Of a stretch of 32,000 bases of DNA, positions 8,958 through 15,873 are shown one piece after another. The stretch is from Candidatus Saccharimonadota bacterium. Lineage in GTDB: Bacteria; Bacteroidota; Bacteroidia; Flavobacteriales; Blattabacteriaceae. How positions within the stretch are numbered: the stretch's first letter is position 1; the number at the start of each line of letters is the position of its first letter. The translations under genes and the position numbers were made by a program. The stretch covers positions 480,001 through 512,000 of the forward strand of contig NZ_CP059199.1 of assembly GCF_014251775.1 (NCBI RefSeq), read 5' to 3'. The notes under the pieces are model-generated. The model was not told where the DNA came from and made no database searches. It saw only the letters and a program-made list of their open reading frames with translations.

Positions 8958-9488
8958 TTAAAATTTCTCTAAATTTTTATGAATATTATTATAATGAGAT
9001 AGAATTTTAATTAAGATTTTAAAATAATTATTTTTTAATTGATTGTTATTAAAATTGTTTATTTTTTTTTTCATATAAAAAATTTCTTTTATAATATTTT
9101 CTATATTAAATTTTTTGTAAAAAACAATATTTTTTTTAGAATTAAATATTTTTTTTATTTTTTTATTATACAAATCAATAATTTTATCATTATTTGATAT
9201 ATTTTGTTCGTTTTTTAAATCTATTTTTATTAAAGCAATTATTAAATAATTGATGATATCTATATATGTATCTATAATACTTTCTTCTTTTACTGAATAA
9301 TATCCTTTTGAGGAAATATTTTTTATACGAATAATTTTAATTAAAATTTGATCTATCATAGAATATTTATTTAAAGCTATCCATGATGATCCATAATTTT
9401 TTAACTTTTCTAAAAAAATTTTTTTACATTTTTTGAGAAATATTTCAATAGATAAAAAATGCATAATTTTTTTGAATTTATAATACAA
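8958..9488 (-). CDS. DUF1599-like conserved protein of unknown function
   Basis: 176-aa ORF. The segment NYGSSWIALNKYSMIDQILIKIIRIKNI...IIDTYIDIINYLIIALIKIDL matches my recollection of the DUF1599 pattern (DYG.aWRILR..SlTDQIfIKa.RIR......EfigIiNY.imALIqle). Divergent neighbour of folP, as I recall for other Bacteroidota. Confidence 0.55.
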   Translation of the reverse strand: MYYKFKKIMHFLSIEIFLKKCKKIFLEKLKNYGSSWIALNKYSMIDQILIKIIRIKNISSKGYYSVKEESIIDTYIDIINYLIIALIKIDLKNEQNISNNDKIIDLYNKKIKKIFNSKKNIVFYKKFNIENIIKEIFYMKKKINNFNNNQLKNNYFKILIKILSHYNNIHKNLEKF

Positions 9489-9509
9489 TAAAATAAAATA
9501 TTTTAATTA

Positions 9510-10346
9510 ATGATAATTAATTGCGCTGGAGAATTATTAAAATTTGATAAACCAAAAATTATGGGAATAGTTAATTTAACTCCTGATTCATTTTATGATG
9601 GTAATTTATTAAATTCTAAAAAAAAAATATTAAAACATATAGAAAATTTATTAAAAGATGGAGCCGATTTTATTGATATTGGAGGATGTTCGACAAGACC
9701 AGGTGCTAAATTAATAACAGAAGAAGAAGAGTTTAATAGAGTTATATCTCCTATTAAATATATTATTAAAACTTTTCCAAAAATTAAAATATCTATTGAT
9801 ACTTTTCGTAGTAAAATAGCAAAAGCTGCAATAGAAGAAGGTGCCGTGATAATTAATGATATTTCTGGAGGAGAATTAGATAAAAATATGTTTTCACTTT
9901 TAATAAAACTGAAAATCCCATATATTTTAAATCACATGGTAGGTATTCCAAATAACATGCAAAATAAAACATATTATAGCGATAATATAATTGTAGAAAT
10001 TAATAATTTTTTTTCAAAAAAAATATTTTTTTTGAAAAAAAATGGAATTAATGATATTATACTAGATCCTGGATTTGGATTTTCAAAAACACTTAATCAA
10101 AATTTTCAATTATTAAAAAATTTAACTTTATTAGGATTTCAAGATCATTTAATATTAATAGGAATATCTAGAAAATCTATGATAAAAAAATTGCTAAATA
10201 TTTCTCATAAAGATTCATTAAATGCAACTTCTATTATACATACAATAGCATTATTGAAAAATGGAGTAAAATTAATCAGAGTTCATGATGTTAAAGAAGC
10301 ATTAGAATGCATTAAAATAACACAATATTATAAAGAAATTTTATAA
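9510..10346 (+). CDS. folP: dihydropteroate synthase
   Basis: 278-aa ORF. IMGIVNLTPDSFYDG, DIGG.STRPGA, INDISGG, DPGFGF.K, and RVHDV motifs of the pterin-binding DHPS family. Confidence 0.92.
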   Translation: MIINCAGELLKFDKPKIMGIVNLTPDSFYDGNLLNSKKKILKHIENLLKDGADFIDIGGCSTRPGAKLITEEEEFNRVISPIKYIIKTFPKIKISIDTFRSKIAKAAIEEGAVIINDISGGELDKNMFSLLIKLKIPYILNHMVGIPNNMQNKTYYSDNIIVEINNFFSKKIFFLKKNGINDIILDPGFGFSKTLNQNFQLLKNLTLLGFQDHLILIGISRKSMIKKLLNISHKDSLNATSIIHTIALLKNGVKLIRVHDVKEALECIKITQYYKEIL

Positions 10347-10378
10347 TTAAAATCATAATAGATAAAAATATATATAAG

Positions 10379-11182
10379 TTGCAAATTTTGTTTCAAAAAA
10401 TTATATATATATTAAAAATATATTTTAGAGAAATTATCGATGTAACATTAGTATGTATTATACTATTTAAAATTTATAAACTGGTTTATAATACTATTAC
10501 TATAAATATTTTTTATGGATTTATTATAACTTTCATTTTCTATAAAATAATAGAAATTTATAAAATTAAATTTATAAGTATGATAATTAATGCATTTTTT
10601 AAAGTGGGATTTTTAGCATTAATTATACTATTTCAACCAGAAATAAGAAAATTTTTATTAATAGTAGGTAGTAAATTATATTTACAAAAAATTATTCCTT
10701 TATTTTTTAAAAAATCAATAATATCTAATACAAAAACTAAAACAATAGATAGTATTGCAAAAGCATGTGCAATTTTTTCTATGAATAAAACAGGTGTTTT
10801 AATAGTTATTCAATTACATCAAGATATAAAAAATTTTATTAAAAATGGAGATCGAATGAATGCTAAAGTAAATTCTCCTATACTAGAAAGTATTTTTTAT
10901 AAAAATAGTCCATTACATGACGGAGCAACTATTATATTAAAAAATATAATAATTAGAACAAGAGCTATACTTCCTGTTTCTTATAATAAATTCATTCCAT
11001 ATCAATTAGGACTTCGTCATAGAGCCGCAATTGGAATTACTGAAAAAACAGATGCTATATGTCTAGTTGTTTCTGAAGAAACTGGAAATATTTCTTATGT
11101 TAAAAATTCAAAAATAATCACAATTACTAATATTAACAACTTAAAGATAAAATTAGAAGAAGATTTAATATATAATTCATGA
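10379..11182 (+). CDS. cdaA: diadenylate cyclase (c-di-AMP synthase) with N-terminal transmembrane segments
   Basis: 267-aa ORF starting at TTG (10379). There is no in-frame ATG upstream of the conserved N-terminal region. Hydrophobic N-terminus, then a DAC domain with the diagnostic motifs PLHDGATII (DGA) and GLRHRAAIGITE (RHR). Confidence 0.85.
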   Translation: MQILFQKIIYILKIYFREIIDVTLVCIILFKIYKLVYNTITINIFYGFIITFIFYKIIEIYKIKFISMIINAFFKVGFLALIILFQPEIRKFLLIVGSKLYLQKIIPLFFKKSIISNTKTKTIDSIAKACAIFSMNKTGVLIVIQLHQDIKNFIKNGDRMNAKVNSPILESIFYKNSPLHDGATIILKNIIIRTRAILPVSYNKFIPYQLGLRHRAAIGITEKTDAICLVVSEETGNISYVKNSKIITITNINNLKIKLEEDLIYNS

Positions 11183-12510
11183 CAATACAAGATATATATA
11201 AAATATATACCATTTCTTCTGGAATAGAAATAAATAGTAAAAAAGTAAAGAAAAAATCTATTTTTTTAGCTTTGAAAGGAGAAAATTTTGATGGAAATCA
11301 ATTTGTAGCAGAAGCTATTAGAAATGGAGCTATATTAGTTATAATGGATAACAAAAAATATTTTTTTAAAAATAAAAAAATATTTTTTGTTAAAAATGCA
11401 TTAATATTCCTACAAAAATTAGCAATCTATCATAGACATAAATGTATTAATATTCCAATTATTGCAATCGTAGGTAGCAATGGAAAAACTACCACTAAAG
11501 AACTTACTAAAAATATATTATCTAAAGAATACGATAATGTACATTATACTAAACATAATTTTAATAATCATATAGGTATACCATTAACTATATTATCTAT
11601 GCCTAGATATACAAAAATATCTGTAATAGAAATAGGAGCTAGTCATGAAAAAGAAATAGAAAATATGTGTTCTATAATTAATCCTGATTACGGTTGTATT
11701 ACTAATTTTGGAAAAGCACATTTAGAAGGATTTGGAGGATTTAATGGGGTTATACGTAGTAAATTAGAATTGTATAATTTTTTAAGAAAAAATAAAAAAT
11801 TAGTATTTGTAAATGGAGATGATCCTATTCAATCATCTAATAGTAAAAAAATGAGAAGATTTATTTTTTCTGGAAATAAACAAAAAAAATCAGATGTAAA
11901 TTTTCAATTTATCCATAATAATAATATTAAATCTATTTTATGCGTTAAAAATACTACAATAACTTCTTCACTTATAGGAGATTATAATATATATAATATA
12001 GCTTTATCTATAACTATAGGAATTTATTTTAAAATTTCTTTAAAGAAAATAAAAAAAGCAATAGAAGAATATATTCCAAATAATCATCGTTCTCAAATAT
12101 TGAATAAAAAAAATGGAAAAATAATTATAGATTGTTATAATGCTAATCCTACCAGCATGATAAGATCATTAATTTTTTTTGATAAAAAAATTTATGGTTC
12201 TAAAATAGTTATATTAGGAGATATGTTGGAATTAGGACATTATTCTAATGAAGAACATGAAAAAATACTTATATTTTTAAATAAAAGTACTATAAATAAA
12301 GCATTTTTAATAGGAAAAAATTTCTATAAAACTAAAAATATAAATTCAAAAAAAATCAGTATAAAAAAATTTTTTAGTAAAGAAAAATTTATCTATTGGA
12401 TAAAAAAAAATCCAATAGAAAAAATTGATTATCTTTTTATTAAAGGATCAAGAAAGATAGCTTTAGAAACTATTATTCCATCAATAAGTTTAATGATGGA
12501 ATCAGATTAA
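11179..12510 (+). CDS. murF: UDP-N-acetylmuramoyl-tripeptide--D-alanyl-D-alanine ligase
   Basis: 443-aa ORF. Mur-ligase P-loop VGSNGKTTTKE, NNHIGIPLT, and DCYNANP motifs. The ATGA start overlaps the cdaA stop. Confidence 0.9.
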   Translation: MTIQDIYKIYTISSGIEINSKKVKKKSIFLALKGENFDGNQFVAEAIRNGAILVIMDNKKYFFKNKKIFFVKNALIFLQKLAIYHRHKCINIPIIAIVGSNGKTTTKELTKNILSKEYDNVHYTKHNFNNHIGIPLTILSMPRYTKISVIEIGASHEKEIENMCSIINPDYGCITNFGKAHLEGFGGFNGVIRSKLELYNFLRKNKKLVFVNGDDPIQSSNSKKMRRFIFSGNKQKKSDVNFQFIHNNNIKSILCVKNTTITSSLIGDYNIYNIALSITIGIYFKISLKKIKKAIEEYIPNNHRSQILNKKNGKIIIDCYNANPTSMIRSLIFFDKKIYGSKIVILGDMLELGHYSNEEHEKILIFLNKSTINKAFLIGKNFYKTKNINSKKISIKKFFSKEKFIYWIKKNPIEKIDYLFIKGSRKIALETIIPSISLMMESD

Positions 12511-12518
12511 TATTTAAT

Positions 12519-12550
12519 TTTGTAGATTTATTTCTTATCATTTAAATTTG
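12519..12550 (+). promoter_or_regulatory. candidate Bacteroidota-type promoter for pdhA (-33 TTTG / -7 TAnnTTTG)
   Basis: TTTG at 12519-12522, a 20-nt spacer, then TAAATTTG at 12543-12550, about 47 nt upstream of the pdhA ATG. It matches the published Bacteroides consensus TTTG-N19-21-TAnnTTTG. Such matches are expected by chance in DNA this AT-rich. Confidence 0.25.
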
Positions 12551-12596
12551 TATTCATATAAAAAGATTCATAAAAAAAATAATAAAATAATTTTTT

Positions 12597-13562
12597 ATGA
12601 AAGAAATAACTGCAAATACCTATTTAAAATGGTTTAAAGACATGTTTTTTTGGAGAAAATTCGAAGATAAATGTAGGTCTTTATACTTAAAACAAAAAAT
12701 TAGAGGATTTCTACATCTATATAATGGACAAGAAGCCATTCCAGCTGGATTAACTTATGCTATGAATAATTCTAAAGATAATATGATTACAGCATATAGA
12801 TGTCATATCTTACCCATTTCTATGGGGGTGGATCCCAAATTAATAATGGCAGAACTTTTAGGAAAAAAAACTGGAACTTCCAAAGGAATTGGAGGATCTA
12901 TGCATATTTTTAGTAAAAAAAATCGTTTTTATGGTGGACATGGAATAGTAGGTGGGCAAATTCCATTGGGAGCAGGAATTGCATTTGCCGATAAATATTT
13001 TAATAGAAAATCCGTAACATTAACATTAATGGGAGATGGAGCGGTAAGACAAGGCTCATTACATGAAACTTTTAATATGGCTATGATGTGGAAATTACCT
13101 ATTGTTTTTATATGTGAAAATAATAAATATGCGATGGGAACTTCTGTAGAAAGAAGTTCCAATATCGAAAAAATATATAAAATAGCATCTGCTTATGGAA
13201 TGAAATCCTTTGCAATAGATGGAATGAATCCTGAAAAAATAGCAAAAAAAGCTTTTTTTGCTATTGATAAAGCTAGAAAAGGAGAAGGAGCTACATTTTT
13301 AGAAATAAGAACTTATAGATATAGAGGTCATTCAATGTCAGATTCTGAATTATATAGAAGTAAAGAGGAAGTTACTTTTTTTAAAAAAAAAGATCCAATT
13401 TTGAAAATAAGAAATTTTATATTGAAAAATAAATGGGAAACTGAAAAAAATTTATATCTTGTCGAAGAACAAGTCAAAAAAGAAATAAATTATTGTGTAG
13501 AATTCGCAGAAAAATCGGAATTGCCTTCTTTAAAAGATATGTTCGATGTTGTTTATGAATAA
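12597..13562 (+). CDS. pdhA: pyruvate dehydrogenase E1 component, alpha subunit
   Basis: 321-aa ORF. TPP-binding region GDGAVRQGSLHETFNMAMMWKLPIVFICENNKYAMGT and YRYRGHSMSD, the phospho-loop motif of heterotetrameric E1-alpha. Confidence 0.9.
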   Translation: MKEITANTYLKWFKDMFFWRKFEDKCRSLYLKQKIRGFLHLYNGQEAIPAGLTYAMNNSKDNMITAYRCHILPISMGVDPKLIMAELLGKKTGTSKGIGGSMHIFSKKNRFYGGHGIVGGQIPLGAGIAFADKYFNRKSVTLTLMGDGAVRQGSLHETFNMAMMWKLPIVFICENNKYAMGTSVERSSNIEKIYKIASAYGMKSFAIDGMNPEKIAKKAFFAIDKARKGEGATFLEIRTYRYRGHSMSDSELYRSKEEVTFFKKKDPILKIRNFILKNKWETEKNLYLVEEQVKKEINYCVEFAEKSELPSLKDMFDVVYE

Positions 13563-13644
13563 ACTAATTATTTATAAATAAACTAATTATTATTGTAAAA
13601 TAATAAATATATATATAACTAACTAAATAAAAATAAATAGAAAC

Positions 13645-14871
13645 ATGGCAGAAATAATATCTATGCCCCAGTTAAGCGATACTATGGAAGAGGGTACTGT
13701 AGTTAAATGGAATAAAAAAATAGGAGATAAAGTTATAGAAGGTGATATAATAGCAGAAATAGAAACAGATAAAGCTATTCAAGATTTTGAAATAGATATT
13801 AGTGGAATTCTCCTATTTATAGGAGTTAAAGAAGGAGAAACAACAAAAGTTAATGATCTATTAGCAATTATAGGAGAAAAAGGAGAAGATATAAATCATT
13901 TAATAAAAAAAAATAAAACTATAAAATCAATCTCTCCTATTATAGGAGTTAAAGAAGGAGAAAAAAAAAAGGTTAATGATCTATTAGCAATTATAGGAGA
14001 AAAAGGAGAAGATATAAATCATTTAATAAAAAAAAATAAAACTATAAAATCAATCTCTCCTATAGCTAAAAAAATAGCAAAACAAAAAAATATTTCATTA
14101 AAAAATGTAAAAGGAACAGGAGATCACGGTAGAATAATAAAGAGAGATATTGAATCTATAACTGAATATAAAAAAAATAATAAAGTAGAAAAAATTCCTC
14201 AATCTTCAATAAGAAAAATAATAGCTAAACGTTTAGCTAATTCTAAATTTTCAGCTCCACATTATTACTTATTTGTCGATTTAAATGTAGATCGATTAGT
14301 CGATTTAAGAAAAAAATTTAATAAAAAACTTTCTATAGAAGAAAGAATATCATTTAATGATATTCTTATTAAAATCGCTGCTCAATCTTTAAAAATAAAT
14401 CCTGAAATGAATGTATCATGGACAGATGAATATATTCTTTCTCATAAAGAAATAAATATTGGTTTTGCAGTAGCTATTGAAAATGGATTAATAGTTCCGG
14501 TTATCAGAAATGCAGATAAAAAATCAATATTAGAAATTTCTAAAGAAATAAAAGAAAAAATCATACGATCTCAATCAAAAAAAATAGATCTAGAAGAATT
14601 AGAATATAGTACATTTACAGTTTCTAATTTAGGTATGTATGGGATAGATTCTTTTACCTCTATTATAAATACTCCTAATTCATCAATATTATCTATTGGT
14701 AGCATTAGAAAACGTCCAATCGTAAATAATTCTAATAATCAAATAGAAATAGGAAATGTTATGAAGATCACATTATCATGTGATCATAGAATAATTGATG
14801 GTGCTTTAGCGAGTAATTATATTAAATCTTTTAAAGAATATATAGAAAATCCTATTACAATTTTATTATGA
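13645..14871 (+). CDS. pdhC: dihydrolipoamide acetyltransferase (E2 of the pyruvate dehydrogenase complex), carrying an internal 41-codon tandem duplication
   Basis: 408-aa ORF. N-terminal lipoyl domain (IETDKA), peripheral-subunit-binding domain (SPIAKKIAKQKNISLKNVKGTGDHGRIIKRDIE), and catalytic domain with SCDHRIIDGA. Confidence 0.9.
   Translation: MAEIISMPQLSDTMEEGTVVKWNKKIGDKVIEGDIIAEIETDKAIQDFEIDISGILLFIGVKEGETTKVNDLLAIIGEKGEDINHLIKKNKTIKSISPIIGVKEGEKKKVNDLLAIIGEKGEDINHLIKKNKTIKSISPIAKKIAKQKNISLKNVKGTGDHGRIIKRDIESITEYKKNNKVEKIPQSSIRKIIAKRLANSKFSAPHYYLFVDLNVDRLVDLRKKFNKKLSIEERISFNDILIKIAAQSLKINPEMNVSWTDEYILSHKEINIGFAVAIENGLIVPVIRNADKKSILEISKEIKEKIIRSQSKKIDLEELEYSTFTVSNLGMYGIDSFTSIINTPNSSILSIGSIRKRPIVNNSNNQIEIGNVMKITLSCDHRIIDGALASNYIKSFKEYIENPITILL
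13818..14063. repeat. 2 x 123-bp in-frame tandem duplication within the E2 gene (120/123 identical by hand alignment)
   Basis: Copy 1 is 13818-13940 and copy 2 is 13941-14063. I saw only three differences: 13841 C vs 13964 A, 13844 C vs 13967 A, and 13848 A vs 13971 G. The protein reads IGVKEGETTKVNDLLAIIGEKGEDINHLIKKNKTIKSISP followed by IGVKEGEKKKVNDLLAIIGEKGEDINHLIKKNKTIKSISP. The hexamer TCCTAT occurs at all three boundaries (13811, 13935, 14058). Confidence 0.95.
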
Positions 14872-15549
14872 TTTTTTTTTAAAAAGAAAAGGTAATGTAA
14901 TTATAATTAATATTAATAAAATAAATATATATTCTTTATATCCTCCAAAAAATGATTCTTTAAAATATGAAATAAATAATTTTAATCCAAGTAATATTAT
15001 TATAATTGAAACAGAACTAGTTAGTTCCGGAACTTTTTTGATTATTTTTATAAAAAATTTTGTAGATATTCTTATGGATAAAATTCCAATAAACACTCCA
15101 AATAATATCAACAATAAGTTTTTAGATAAAGCTATAGATGCAAATATATTATCAATAGAAAAAATTAAATCCATTAATCCTATCGATAAAACAGTTTTCC
15201 AAGAAAATATTTTTTTTTTTTTTCTTTTTATAAGATTTATATTTTTATTATTATTATAATAATTAATAACTCCATTAACCATTAAATACCCCCCTCCTAA
15301 TAATTTCAACCATTGAACATTAATTAATATAGATGTAAAAAATAAACATAATATTCTAAATATATATGCTACAGTAAATCCATATATCATAGCTATTTTT
15401 CGATCTTTCTCTCTATCTAATTCTATTATCATAGAAGATAAAATTATAGCATTATCTATAGATAAAATACTTTCTATTATAAATAAGTTTATTATAATAG
15501 AAATAGATAAAAAAGGATGATTAAGAATTTCTTGTATAAATTTTATCAT
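14866..15549 (-). CDS. TerC-family integral membrane protein
   Basis: 227-aa multi-pass hydrophobic ORF with the paired TerC motifs SIDNAIILS and SIDNIFASIA. Its 3' end overlaps the E2 3' end by 6 nt (convergent). Confidence 0.75.
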   Translation of the reverse strand: MIKFIQEILNHPFLSISIIINLFIIESILSIDNAIILSSMIIELDREKDRKIAMIYGFTVAYIFRILCLFFTSILINVQWLKLLGGGYLMVNGVINYYNNNKNINLIKRKKKKIFSWKTVLSIGLMDLIFSIDNIFASIALSKNLLLILFGVFIGILSIRISTKFFIKIIKKVPELTSSVSIIIILLGLKLFISYFKESFFGGYKEYIFILLILIIITLPFLFKKKS

Positions 15550-15702
15550 TTAATTATTTTATATTATTATTTTATAAATCAAATGATTTTTCTATGTTAG
15601 ATATAAATTAATTTTAAATTTTTTTTGTAAAAATTATAATAAAAGTAAATTATTTTTAAAAAATAAAAAATATATTTAAATAAAATTATTTTATATATTA
15701 AC

Positions 15703-15870
15703 ATGAATAATCTTTTATTTATTAGTTTTGAAGAAAGTTTCTTTATTATTTTTATAGCTATTATAATTTTTGGACCTAAAAAAATCCCGGAAATAGCTAG
15801 AGGATTAGGAGAAGGAATAAGATTTTTAAAAAAAGCTAAGAAAAAAATAGAAGACGAAATTAAATGGTGA
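15703..15870 (+). CDS. tatA: twin-arginine translocase subunit TatA/E
   Basis: Not in the ORF track (55 codons). Manual translation: MNNLLFISFEESFFIIFIAIIIFGPKKIPEIARGLGEGIRFLKKAKKKIEDEIKW-TGA. It has a single N-terminal TM helix followed by the hallmark FGPKK(I/L)PE..RG.G motif and an amphipathic helix. Confidence 0.8.
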   Translation: MNNLLFISFEESFFIIFIAIIIFGPKKIPEIARGLGEGIRFLKKAKKKIEDEIKW

Positions 15871-15873
15871 TTT

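Noticed and set aside
13558-13591. 15-nt direct repeat AATAAACTAATTATT (13558-13572 and 13577-13591, period 19) spanning the pdhA stop codon.
   Set aside because: It is short, A/T-rich and present in only two copies. Most simply it is a small slippage duplication in the spacer. I can support no functional signal.
13818-14063. Possibility that the 123-bp tandem repeat is a CRISPR-like or minisatellite array.
   Set aside because: There are only two copies, with no spacers. The repeat is in frame and lies inside a conserved E2 gene with intact flanking domains. It is a coding duplication, not an array.
12597-14871. Absence of an E1-beta gene between pdhA and the E2 gene, read as gene loss.
   Set aside because: As far as I recall, Flavobacteriales normally encode pdhA-E2 together and pdhB at a separate locus. 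The arrangement is therefore likely ancestral and not evidence of loss.
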